This document shows, in pieces, positions 53,392 through 64,000 of a stretch of DNA of 64,000 nucleotides. The DNA is from an uncultured Gemmatimonadales bacterium (lineage in GTDB: Bacteria; Gemmatimonadota; Gemmatimonadetes; Longimicrobiales; Longimicrobiaceae), in the NCBI GenBank assembly GCA_963716255.1, contig OY970303.1:5536001-5600000 (forward strand). The letters run 5' to 3'. The number at the start of each line of letters is the position of its first letter. Position 1 is the stretch's first letter. The position numbers were made by a program, and so were the translations under genes. Under the pieces are notes generated by a model. That model had not been told where the DNA came from. It was given only the letters and a program-made list of their open reading frames with translations, and ran no database searches.

Positions 53392-55609
53392 CACCGCACT
53401 TTCCACGCTACCGCCCGAAAGGGCCGAGGAGGCGCTCGCCGTCGCGCGCGCCGTCCTGCCGCCGCGCCTGCTGTCCAGGATCGAGTCGTACATGGAGCGT
53501 CTCGACATCGAGATGCTCACCCGCGCGTACGAGTTCAGCCGCATCGCCCACGCGGGGCAGAAGCGCCGCTCGGGGGAGGACTACATCGTCCACTGCGTGG
53601 AGGTCACCGAGATCCTGGCCGACCTCCACCTGGACACCGTGACGCTGGTGAGCGCGCTGATCCACGACGTGGTGGAGGACACCACGGCCACGCTGGACGA
53701 CGTGCGCGACGCCTTCGGCGACGAGGTGGCCACGGTGGTGGACGGGCTCACCAAGATCTCCCGCGTGCAGTTCCGCACCAACACGGAGCAGCAGGTAGAG
53801 AACTACCGCAAGCTCCTGCTCTCCATGGCCCAGGACGCGCGCGTCATCCTGGTGAAGCTGGCGGACCGCCTCAACAACATGCGCACCCTCCAGCACCTGC
53901 GGGAGGAGAAGCGCCGCCGCATCGCCCTGGAGACCCGCGAGATCTACGCGCCGCTGGCCCACCGCCTGGGAATGGCGCACATCAAGTGGGAGCTGGAAGA
54001 CCTCTGCTTCAAGTTCCTGGAGCCGGAGTCGTACAAGGAGCTGGCGCGCAAGATCGCCGACAAGCGCACCGAGCGGGAAGGACTGATCGACAGCCTGCGG
54101 CAGCCGCTGGAGGAGGACCTGCGCGGCGCCGGGATCGACTGCGAGGTGACGGGGCGACCCAAGCACCTGTGGTCCATCTATCGCAAGATGCAGCGCCGCG
54201 AGAAGACGTACGACGAGATCTACGACCTCATGGCGATCCGCGTCATCGTGGACACCATCACCGACTGCTACCACGCGCTGGGGGTGATCCACAACCGCTG
54301 GACGCCGCTGCAGGAGCGCTTCCACGACTACATCGCCACGCCCAAGAGCAACATGTACCGCTCCCTCCACACGACCATCTTCGGTCCGGGGGGGCGGCTG
54401 TACGAGATCCAGATCCGCACGCGCGAGATGCACCGCACGGCGGAGCTGGGGATCGCGGCGCACTGGAAGTACAAGGAGGGCCGCGGCGGCGACGAGGTGG
54501 ACGAGACGCTGACCTGGTTCCGGCAGGTGCTGGAGTGGCAGCAGGAGACCAAGGAGCCGGACGAGTTCCTGGAGTTCCTGCGCATCGACCTGTTCCAGGA
54601 CGAGATCTTCGTGTTCACGCCGCAGGGCGACGTGAAGCAGCTCCCCAAGGGTGCCACCCCCATCGACTTCGCCTTCGGGGTGCACACCCAGGTGGGGCTG
54701 CACTGCGCCGGGGCGAAGGTCAACGGCCGCATCGCCCCGCTGGCGCGCGAGCTCAAGAACGGGGACACGGTGGAGATCATCACCGACCCCAAGCAGCGCC
54801 CCTCGCGCGACTGGCTGGCCTTCGTGAAGACGGCGCGCGCCCGCAACAAGATCCGCCAGTGGATCAAGCAGGAGGAGTTCGACAGCTCGGTGCGGCTGGG
54901 GCGCGAGTTCATCGAGCGGGAGGTCAAGAAGGCGCGCAAGGACCGGGTCTCGGAGGACCGCTTCGACACCGTGGCCAAGGCGCTGGAGCTGCCGGACGCG
55001 TCGCACCTGTTCGCGGCGCTGGGGCGCGGCGACGTGGGGCCGGCGGCGGTGTTCCGCGAGCTGTGGGGCGAGACCACGCCCGCCCAGCCGCCCCGGCCTC
55101 CCTCGGCGTTCGACCGGCTGGTGGACCGGGTGCGCGGCAAGCCCAAGGGGGTGCGGATCCAGGGGATGGACAACCTGATGGTGCGCTACTCCCAGTGCTG
55201 CCAGCCGGTCCCGGGCGACACCGTCACCGGCTACATCACCAACGGGCGGGGGATCTCGGTGCACCGCACCGACTGCCCCAACCTGCTCCAGCTGGCGGAC
55301 CACCCGGAGCGACGGGTGGACATCGAGTGGGAAACGGAGTCCGGCGAGCGCTTCTACGTGCGCATCGTCATGGAAGGAACGGACCGCCGCGGCCTGTTCG
55401 CGGACATCGCCAGCACCATCTCGCAGACCAACACCAACATCCGCAGCGCGGACATCCAGGCGGACGACGCGGGGATGAAGGGGCAGTTCGTGGTGGAGGT
55501 GGAGAACCTGACCCACCTGAACCGCGTGCTCGGCGCGATACGCAAGGTCAAGGGCGTGATCTCCGTGGAGCGCCGCGAGCAGGTGGACGCCAGCGACCTG
55601 GAGGCGTGA
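53384..55609 (+). CDS. rel: Bifunctional (p)ppGpp synthetase/hydrolase (Rel/SpoT)
   Basis: AH.GQ.R.SGE.YI.H, HDVVED, KLADRL.NMRTL, APLAHRLG, GRPKH..SI..KM, EIQIRT, TGS and ACT domains. Confidence 0.95.
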   Translation: MASTALSTLPPERAEEALAVARAVLPPRLLSRIESYMERLDIEMLTRAYEFSRIAHAGQKRRSGEDYIVHCVEVTEILADLHLDTVTLVSALIHDVVEDTTATLDDVRDAFGDEVATVVDGLTKISRVQFRTNTEQQVENYRKLLLSMAQDARVILVKLADRLNNMRTLQHLREEKRRRIALETREIYAPLAHRLGMAHIKWELEDLCFKFLEPESYKELARKIADKRTEREGLIDSLRQPLEEDLRGAGIDCEVTGRPKHLWSIYRKMQRREKTYDEIYDLMAIRVIVDTITDCYHALGVIHNRWTPLQERFHDYIATPKSNMYRSLHTTIFGPGGRLYEIQIRTREMHRTAELGIAAHWKYKEGRGGDEVDETLTWFRQVLEWQQETKEPDEFLEFLRIDLFQDEIFVFTPQGDVKQLPKGATPIDFAFGVHTQVGLHCAGAKVNGRIAPLARELKNGDTVEIITDPKQRPSRDWLAFVKTARARNKIRQWIKQEEFDSSVRLGREFIEREVKKARKDRVSEDRFDTVAKALELPDASHLFAALGRGDVGPAAVFRELWGETTPAQPPRPPSAFDRLVDRVRGKPKGVRIQGMDNLMVRYSQCCQPVPGDTVTGYITNGRGISVHRTDCPNLLQLADHPERRVDIEWETESGERFYVRIVMEGTDRRGLFADIASTISQTNTNIRSADIQADDAGMKGQFVVEVENLTHLNRVLGAIRKVKGVISVERREQVDASDLEA

Positions 55610-55622
55610 GGGCCGGCGGGCT

Positions 55623-55673
55623 CTCACCCGGCTCGCTCGAGGCTCGCCACCCTCTCCCAGTCACGGGGGAGGG
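55623..55673 (+). repeat. REP-like palindromic repeat family B
   Basis: CTCACCCGGCTCGCTCGAGGCTCGCCACCCTCTCCC...GGGGGAGGG, matches 4689-4737. Confidence 0.8.
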
Positions 55674-55709
55674 ATTTTTGCCGTTGCGGCGCCGGGGCAC
55701 GCGCCGGCG

Positions 55710-55846
55710 CCCGCGTGAGGGATTTCGGCCCGAAGGGGCGAGACCCGCGGGCAGTTTCGCGGGGCTCGACTCCGTTGCAAACGGTAGTATCGTTTGCTAC
55801 GGAGCCGAAGCCCGACCCCGGCGCAGCCGGGGGCACGCCCGAACCC
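55710..55846 (-). repeat. Structured intergenic repeat family A, copy 4 (inverted)
   Basis: Reverse complement gives the same backbone; central stem GCAAACG-ATACTAC-CGTTTGC. Confidence 0.95.
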
Positions 55847-55933
55847 GTTTTTCGCGTGAACCGTCCACTTTCTTCGGTGTATTTACGGTGTTGATGCGCC
55901 TCTCCCGAAACGCCTGAGCCGACGACGCCGAAG

Positions 55934-57997
<2,064 letters not shown>

Positions 57998-58004
57998 CGG
58001 ACGG

Positions 58005-58472
58005 ATGGGGAGCGTGGCGCTGCTGACGGAGGAGGAGCTCGCGGCCTGGGGGGAGCGGGTGGGGGCGGAGGTGGTGGTGCCCGCGGTCTTCGCCCTGAAC
58101 GGCGACCTGGGGGCGGGGAAGAGCACGCTGGCGCGCGCCGTGGCGCGGGGGGCGGGGGTGGAGGGGCCGGTCCCCTCGCCCACCTTCAACCTGCTCTTCC
58201 GCTACGAGACGCGGCGCGGGGTGGTGCACCACCTGGACCTGTACCGCCTGGAGCGGCAGGACGAGGTGTGGGAGCTGGGGTGGTCGGAGCTGGGGGCGGG
58301 TCCGGACCTGGTGCTCATCGAATGGGCGGAGAATGCCGAGACTCTGCTCCCGGTCCCGCGCTGGGAGGTGGTGCTGGAGGACGTGGGCGACCCGGACCGC
58401 CGCCGCGTGGAGCTGGCGCCGGTGGGGGATCCGCCCGCGCTCCCGCCCCTGCCGGACGGGGGGGTATCGTGA
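58005..58472 (+). CDS. tsaE: tRNA threonylcarbamoyladenosine biosynthesis ATPase TsaE
   Basis: L.GDLGAGKST, V.SPTF.L, H.DLYRL, LIEW. Confidence 0.93.
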   Translation: MGSVALLTEEELAAWGERVGAEVVVPAVFALNGDLGAGKSTLARAVARGAGVEGPVPSPTFNLLFRYETRRGVVHHLDLYRLERQDEVWELGWSELGAGPDLVLIEWAENAETLLPVPRWEVVLEDVGDPDRRRVELAPVGDPPALPPLPDGGVS

Positions 58473-59182
58473 CGGGGGCGCCGGAGGGTCCGGTGCTGGC
58501 GCTGGACACCTCCACCGGCGTGGGCTCGGTGGCGGTGGGCCAGGGCGACCGGCTGCTGGCGGAGATCGTCCTGGCCGTGGGGTCGGGGCACTCGTCGGCG
58601 CTGCTCCCGGCCATCGACCGGGCGCTGCGCTCGGCGGGGCTGGAGGCGCGGGAGCTGGCCGGGGTGGTGGTGGGCGGCGGGCCGGGCTCGTTCACGGGGG
58701 TGCGCATCGCCGCGGCCACGGCCAAGGGGATCGTGCACGCGGCCGGGGTGCCGCTCTGGGCGTACTCCAGCCTGCTGGCAGCCGCGGCCGGGTGCTGGGC
58801 GGCGGACCGCCCGGTGTGCGCGCTCTTCGACGCGCGCCGGCGCGACGTGTACGCCGCGTGCTACCGCTTCGGCGCGGGGGTGGAGGAGACCATGGCGCCG
58901 GAAGCCCTCACCGTGGACGAGCTGCTGGAGCGCTTCCGCGGGGGCCCGCCCCCGCTCTTCACCGGGGAGGCCGCCGTGATCCACCGCGAGGAGATCGGGC
59001 GGGAGCCGGGGGTGCGGGTGGCGCCGGCCCACCTGGCGGCGCCCCGCGCGTCGGCGCTGCTGGCGCTGCTGCGGGCGGCGCCGGAGGCGGGGCGGGTGGC
59101 GGAGCCGGCGCACTGGGAGCCGGAGTACGTGCGTGCCTCGGGGGCGGAGCGGATCGCGGCGGCGGCGGGGAGGGCGCCGTGA
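58469..59182 (+). CDS. tsaB: tRNA threonylcarbamoyladenosine biosynthesis protein TsaB
   Basis: VLALDTST, HS..LLP.I, GPGSFTGVRI, DARR..VY, EPEYVR. Confidence 0.93.
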   Translation: MTGAPEGPVLALDTSTGVGSVAVGQGDRLLAEIVLAVGSGHSSALLPAIDRALRSAGLEARELAGVVVGGGPGSFTGVRIAAATAKGIVHAAGVPLWAYSSLLAAAAGCWAADRPVCALFDARRRDVYAACYRFGAGVEETMAPEALTVDELLERFRGGPPPLFTGEAAVIHREEIGREPGVRVAPAHLAAPRASALLALLRAAPEAGRVAEPAHWEPEYVRASGAERIAAAAGRAP

Positions 59183-59658
59183 AGCTGGGCGGCGAGGTGC
59201 CCCGCACGGAGGGCGCGGCCTTCCGGCTGCGCCCGCTGTTCGAGGCGGACCTGGTGCGGGTGATGGAGATCGAGATGGCCTGCTTCTCCACGCCCTGGAA
59301 GGAAAACACCTTCCGCGGCCTGCTGCGCCGCACCGACACCGACCTGGTGGGCGCGGAGGACGAGGAGCGCCGGCTGCTGGGCTACGCGGTGTGCTGGACG
59401 GTCGTGGACCAGTCGGAGCTGGGCAACGTGGCGGTGGCCGAGGAGGCGCGGGGCGCCGGCGTCGGCCGGGCGCTGGTGGAGGCGATCGTGGACCGGGTGC
59501 GGGCGCGCGACTCGCGGGAGTGCTTCCTGGAGGTGCGCGAGAGCAACGCGGTGGCGCAGGCGCTGTACCGCGACATGGGCTTCGAGGTGGTGGGGCGCCG
59601 CCGGGCGTACTACGCGCTCCCCACCGAGGACGCCCTTGTTATGCGCCTTTTCGTGTAG
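59179..59658 (+). CDS. rimI: Ribosomal protein S18-alanine N-acetyltransferase
   Basis: IE..CF..PW, NVAV....RG.GVG, LEVRESN..A..LY...GF..VGRR..YY...EDALVM; follows tsaB. Confidence 0.9.
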   Translation: MKLGGEVPRTEGAAFRLRPLFEADLVRVMEIEMACFSTPWKENTFRGLLRRTDTDLVGAEDEERRLLGYAVCWTVVDQSELGNVAVAEEARGAGVGRALVEAIVDRVRARDSRECFLEVRESNAVAQALYRDMGFEVVGRRRAYYALPTEDALVMRLFV

Positions 59659-59665
59659 GCTTTTC

Positions 59666-59694
59666 TTGACACCCGTGTGAACGGTGTCTACTTT
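59666..59694 (+). promoter_or_regulatory. sigma70 promoter of ssb with an overlapping palindrome
   Basis: Consensus TTGACA (59666-71)-N17-TACTTT (59689-94); GACACC-N9-GGTGTC inverted repeat spans the spacer. Confidence 0.7.
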
Positions 59695-59751
59695 GGGGTC
59701 TCTCATCCACCGGAAGTGCGACCCCGCCAACGACAAACCCCTGGAGGGTAC

Positions 59752-60315
59752 GTGTCCCGAAGCCTGAACAAGGCCATCATCATCGGCAATCTCGGGTCCG
59801 ACCCCGAGATCCGCACGACGGGCGGCGGGAGCCGCGTCGCGCAGTTCTCCGTGGCCACCAGCCGCAAGTGGACCACCAACTCCGGCGAGCAGCAGGAAAA
59901 GACGGAGTGGCACCGCATCGTGGTGTGGGGCAAGCTGGTGGACGTGGTGGAGAAGTACGTGAAGAAGGGGGACCGGCTGTACGTGGAGGGCGAGATCCAG
60001 TACCGCCAATACGAGGACAAGGAGGGGGTGACCAAGTACACCACCGAGATCAACGCCCGCGAGCTGATGATGCTCGGCGGCCGTGAGGGTGGCGGCGGCG
60101 GCGGGGGTGGGTACGGCGGTGGCGGCGGAGGCGGAGGCGGGGGGTACGGCGGCGGTGGTGGTGGCAGTGGTGGGGGCGGCTCGCGCGAGCGCTCCTCCGG
60201 TGGCGGTGGCGGTGGCGCTGCGGGCGGCGGAGCCGGCAAGGGCGGCCGCGGCGGCGACTACGACGACTTCCAGCCGCCCCCCTTCGGCGAGGACGACGAC
60301 GACCTGCCGTTCTAG
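59752..60315 (+). CDS. ssb: Single-stranded DNA-binding protein
   Basis: LNK.IIIGNLG.DPE.R, TEWHR.V.WG, Gly-rich linker, acidic tip DDDDLPF; GGAGG SD before GTG 59752. Confidence 0.97.
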   Translation: MSRSLNKAIIIGNLGSDPEIRTTGGGSRVAQFSVATSRKWTTNSGEQQEKTEWHRIVVWGKLVDVVEKYVKKGDRLYVEGEIQYRQYEDKEGVTKYTTEINARELMMLGGREGGGGGGGGYGGGGGGGGGGYGGGGGGSGGGGSRERSSGGGGGGAAGGGAGKGGRGGDYDDFQPPPFGEDDDDLPF

Positions 60316-60371
60316 AAGCCTGCGGGGTCGCCGCGTCGTACGCGCTGGCCTGGTCACGGCGGGCGCGAAGC

Positions 60372-60415
60372 ATCCGGTGGGCCTGGAGCAATCCAGGCCC
60401 ACCGGATCTTTACTT
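60372..60415 (+). terminator. Intrinsic terminator after ssb
   Basis: ATCCGGTGGGCCTGGA-GCAA-TCCAGGCCCACCGGAT perfect 16-bp stem followed by CTTTACTT. Confidence 0.75.
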
Positions 60416-60503
60416 GCCGCAGCTCCCGGTACCATCTTATCGACTGTCTCGCGGTACCCATTCGCCTGCCTGCTCCTTCGCCGCCTCCGCACTCCCGCTG
60501 AGC

Positions 60504-62978
60504 GTGCCCCTCCTTCGACTGCTCGCCGGGTCCGAGCTCCGCTTCGCGGCGCGCCGCCTCCGGCGCGCCCCGGGCTTCGCCGGAGCGGTGGTCCTCGTGC
60601 TCGCGCTCGGCGTGGGCACTGCGACGGCCGTGTTCAGTCTCGTCAACGGCATCCTCCTGGAGCCGCTCCCGTACCCGGAGCCGGACCGTCTCGCGCGGCT
60701 GACGCACACGGTCAGCAGCGCCGGGCGCGAGCCGGTGGACCAGTCCGACGCCATGGTCTTGCTCTACCAGGGCGAAGCGCGCGCGTTCGACGGCATCGCC
60801 GCATGGCGGTTCGACGACGGCGACCTCGGCGCCCTGGAGCCGGGCCAGACCGCCGTTCGCGTCCGCGGCGCGCGCGTCACGGCGAGCTTCTTCGACGTCC
60901 TGGGCGTCCGCCCGGCGCTCGGCAGGGGGTTCGCCGCGGGCGAGGACCGGCCCGGCGCCGAGCGGGTCGTCGTGGTGTCGCACCGCGTCTGGCGGGAACG
61001 CCTTCACGGCGATCCCGGTGCCATCGGCCGGCACATCGTGGTGAACGACGTGCCGCGCACCGTCGTGGGGATCATGCCGCCGAGCTTCGCGTATCCCGCG
61101 AGCCACGTGGAGATCTGGCTGCCGCTCGCCCTCGACCCCGCACGCACGCGGCCCGCCACGCTCAACCTCGCCGGCATCGGGCGACTCAGGCGCGGCGTGT
61201 CGACCGGGGCCGCGCAGGCCGACCTGGCGCGCGCGCTGACCCACCTCGGCGACTACGTCCAGGGCGACGCCTCGCCGGCGGCATGGCAGGAAGCGCACGT
61301 CACGCCACACGTGCAGTCGCTGCGGGATTCGATCGTCGGCCCCGTCTCGCACCTGCTCTGGCTCGTGTTCGGTAGCGTGCTGCTCGTTCTCCTCGTCGCG
61401 TGCACCAACGTGGCCGGGCTGCTGCTCGTGCGCGCCGAGCGCGCGCACACGGAGCTCGCCGTGCGCGCCGCGCTCGGCTCCGGCTTCATGGGGATGGTGG
61501 CGCTGACGCTGAGCGAATCCGTGCTGCTGAGCATCCTGGGCGGCGGCGCCGGCGTGCTCCTGGCGGCGGCGGCCATGCGGGTGGTGCTGGGTACGGGCGC
61601 GGCGCTGTCTCTCCCGCGCCTGGAAGACGTGGGGCTGGACGCGACGGTCCTGGCGTTCGCGGTGGGAATCACCGCGTTCTGCGCGCTGTCCGTGAGCGTG
61701 CTCCCGCTCCTCCGCGCGCGCCGGGTGTCCATCGCGCAGACCTTTCGGAGCGCCGGCACCGGTCCGGCGGGCGGCCGCTCGCCCCGGCGCGTGCGCGACG
61801 CCCTGGTGGTCGCGCAGATCGCGCTGGCCGTCGTGCTGGTCGCCGTTTCGGGGCTGACGACGCGCAGCCTGCTTCGCCTGAACGAGGTGCGGCCCGGGTT
61901 CGACGCCGACCACGTGGTCACCTCCCGCGTCCTGCTGCCCTTTGCCCGGTACAGCGGCGCCGCCTCGCGCCTGGGCTTCTTCGAGGCCCTGGTCCGCGAG
62001 GCGCGGGCGATCCCGGGGACGCGCGACGTGGCGCTGACCGACTGGGTGCCCCTCAGCGGCGACCGACACGACACGGCGATCGAGGTGGAGGACGACCGGT
62101 CGCGGGAGAGCGCCGGCGGGGCCGAGCACGCCGTCGCGCACGTGGACGGCCGCTACTTCCGGACCATGCGCATCCCGCTGCGCCGCGGCCGGACGTTCGG
62201 CCCGCAGGATCCCGCCCGCCCATCGGACGAGGCGATCGTGAGCCGTGCCTTCGCCGAGCGGTACTGGCCCGGCGCGAGCCCGATCGGCAGGCGCGTTCGC
62301 CCGCTCGGCGGCCGCTGGTACACCGTCGTCGGCGAGGTCGGCGACGTGCGCTACGACAGCCTGGAGGAGCCGGCGAGCGACGTCGCGTACTTCCCCATCG
62401 TCACCGCCGCGCAGCCGGATGCCGGCGCGTCGCTGCCGGCCGCGCTCTCGCTGGTCGTCCGGACCGGTGCCCGGGAGGGCGAGGCGTTGTCGGCCATCCG
62501 CCGGATCGTGCGCGCGCTCGACCCCGGCATCCCGACCTACGACGAGGGGTCGCTGGACGCGCTCGTGCACGCCGCGTCGGCGCGCGCCCGCGCGCTGGTC
62601 GTGCTGCTCGCGACCGCCGGCATCGTGACGTCGCTGCTCGGCGCCGTCGGCCTGTACGGCATCCTGGCGTACGGTGTCAGCATCCGCCGCCGCGAGCTCG
62701 GCATCCGGATGGCGCTCGGGGCCCGGCCTGAGGAGGTGAGCCGCATGGTCTCGCTGGACGGCCTGCGGCTCGCCGGGCTCGGCATCATGATCGGCACGGC
62801 GTGCGCGCTCGCGGCCTCGCGGCTGCTGCGCGGGCTGCTCTACGCCGCGGGTCCCACCGACCTGCTGACGCTCGGCGTGACGCCCGTGGCGCTCCTCGCG
62901 GTCGCGCTCGCCGCGAGCTGGATCCCCGCGCGCCGCGCGGCCGCCGTCCATCCGGCCGAGGCCCTGCGGTCGCAGTGA
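60504..62978 (+). CDS. ADOP-family duplicated ABC permease (MacB/FtsX-like)
   Basis: ELRFAARRLRRAPGF, LALGVG..TAVFS.VNG.LL.PLPY..PDRL, LLVACTNVA.LLL.R, RRRELGIRMALGA, IPARRAA.V.P.EALR; start uncertain. Confidence 0.88.
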   Translation: MPLLRLLAGSELRFAARRLRRAPGFAGAVVLVLALGVGTATAVFSLVNGILLEPLPYPEPDRLARLTHTVSSAGREPVDQSDAMVLLYQGEARAFDGIAAWRFDDGDLGALEPGQTAVRVRGARVTASFFDVLGVRPALGRGFAAGEDRPGAERVVVVSHRVWRERLHGDPGAIGRHIVVNDVPRTVVGIMPPSFAYPASHVEIWLPLALDPARTRPATLNLAGIGRLRRGVSTGAAQADLARALTHLGDYVQGDASPAAWQEAHVTPHVQSLRDSIVGPVSHLLWLVFGSVLLVLLVACTNVAGLLLVRAERAHTELAVRAALGSGFMGMVALTLSESVLLSILGGGAGVLLAAAAMRVVLGTGAALSLPRLEDVGLDATVLAFAVGITAFCALSVSVLPLLRARRVSIAQTFRSAGTGPAGGRSPRRVRDALVVAQIALAVVLVAVSGLTTRSLLRLNEVRPGFDADHVVTSRVLLPFARYSGAASRLGFFEALVREARAIPGTRDVALTDWVPLSGDRHDTAIEVEDDRSRESAGGAEHAVAHVDGRYFRTMRIPLRRGRTFGPQDPARPSDEAIVSRAFAERYWPGASPIGRRVRPLGGRWYTVVGEVGDVRYDSLEEPASDVAYFPIVTAAQPDAGASLPAALSLVVRTGAREGEALSAIRRIVRALDPGIPTYDEGSLDALVHAASARARALVVLLATAGIVTSLLGAVGLYGILAYGVSIRRRELGIRMALGARPEEVSRMVSLDGLRLAGLGIMIGTACALAASRLLRGLLYAAGPTDLLTLGVTPVALLAVALAASWIPARRAAAVHPAEALRSQ

Positions 62979-63120
62979 CGGCCCGGGGATGCGTCCCGCC
63001 GTGCCGGTGCCCGGCTCCACCGCTCCGCCACCCGCCCGGAAGGGCTGTCGTCCGGGCCCGGGCGACCCGGTCCGCAGCTCCCTTCGCTCCTCCTGTTTTC
63101 CCTCACGATCTAAGGAAGTC

Positions 63121-63687
63121 ATGCCGCTGACCCCGCAGCAGTTTCGGACCGGCGTTCAGAACCTCGGGGGACATCACATCCCCTTCGACCAGGGCGACCT
63201 GGTCGATCGCCGGGTGTATCTCGACGAGGGAGCGTGCGGCGCGTTCTCCGCGATCTGGATCCGCAGCAGGAAGTTGCGGGCTCTCGGACAGCAGCCGCCC
63301 GACGCGGACGCGTGCATGGAGGAAGTGAGCTGGATCGGCGAGCAGGTCTCCAAGGGCAGGGCCGCAGCGGTCTACAACGAGTTCTTCGCGGGCAACGGCC
63401 TGAGGCAGGATGGCATGAGCTCCTGGCCCAACGGGGCCGTCGACTGGAACCGGCTGTGGTTCTTTTTGTCGGCCCAGCAGGCCTATTATTTCCTGGGTGT
63501 GCTCGGCGCGAACACGGGGCACGCGATCGCCGTCGACACGAACGCGGGTGCGTTCAGGCTCTTCGACCCGAACTACGGCACGGCGAGGTTCCCCAGCGCA
63601 CAGGCGATGAAGACGTTCTTCGGCGCCTACTGGCGAAGGGCCTACCCGGACCTGGTGGGACGAGGCTTCATCAGCCGGTACAGGTAG
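63121..63687 (+). CDS. YopT/AvrPphB-like (peptidase C58) cysteine protease domain protein
   Basis: G.C...S..WI (EGACGAFSAIWI), GHAIAV, FRLFDPNYG give a Cys-His-Asp triad in C58 order; AAGGAAG SD before ATG 63121. Confidence 0.7.
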   Translation: MPLTPQQFRTGVQNLGGHHIPFDQGDLVDRRVYLDEGACGAFSAIWIRSRKLRALGQQPPDADACMEEVSWIGEQVSKGRAAAVYNEFFAGNGLRQDGMSSWPNGAVDWNRLWFFLSAQQAYYFLGVLGANTGHAIAVDTNAGAFRLFDPNYGTARFPSAQAMKTFFGAYWRRAYPDLVGRGFISRYR

Positions 63688-63754
63688 GAGAGAGCTTTCC
63701 TCCGCGGACTCCGCGCGTTTGATGCCGGATCCGGTCGTACCGGGGTGAACTGCA

Positions 63755-63911
63755 GGGTTTGGGCGTGCCCCCGGCTGGCGCCGGGGTCGGGCTGCGGCTC
63801 CGTAGCAGACGAAACAACCGTCTGCAACGGAGGCGAGCCCCGGGAAACTGCCCCCGGGTCTCGCCGCTTCGCGCTCGCATCCCTCACGCGGGCATCGCGC
63901 TGGCGTCCGCG
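63755..63911 (+). repeat. Structured intergenic repeat family A, copy 5 (most diverged)
   Basis: Same backbone; central stem GCAGACG-AAACAAC-CGTCTGC; compensatory changes in other stems; followed by a family-B-like hairpin at 63920-63951. Confidence 0.92.
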
Positions 63912-64000
63912 AGGATAGGCCCCCTCACCCCCGCAAGCGGGGGAAAGGGGGAGAACTGCACGGCGTCCCTGCCTTCGGCGCATTGCGGATGCCCCAGGGG

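Noticed and set aside
60088..60255. GGC/GGT-rich tandem tract
   Set aside because: Encodes the ordinary Gly-rich linker of SSB, in frame; not a contingency repeat.

Overview
High-GC bacterial DNA. Gene content (ADOP permease, Wzi-like barrels, long SecA) resembles Gemmatimonadota/Longimicrobium-type genomes; this is inference only. Positions ~1-46400 hold a very large surface-polysaccharide locus: Wza/Wzc, a divergent pair of Wzi-like proteins (one LysM-fused), nucleotide-sugar enzymes, a dTDP-3-amino-sugar pathway with a MaoC hydratase, Wzx, a Wzy candidate, MBOAT acylation, two AsnB-like amidotransferases, about 10 glycosyltransferases and a second SLBB/Wzz export pair. Positions ~46500-60300 are housekeeping (cupin, TPR, bamD, nadD, secA, radC, rel, uvrB, tsaE, tsaB, rimI, ssb), followed by an ADOP ABC permease and a minimal YopT/C58-like cysteine protease. 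The most unusual signal is non-coding: five copies of a ~140-165 bp intergenic multi-hairpin element. Its backbone is almost invariant, but its central 7-bp stem differs in every copy and is always perfectly complementary around an AAACAAC-type loop. An unrelated palindromic element after secA carries the same loop. No rRNA, tRNA, CRISPR array or transposase was recognised. All protein calls are by motif recognition; no database searches were run.
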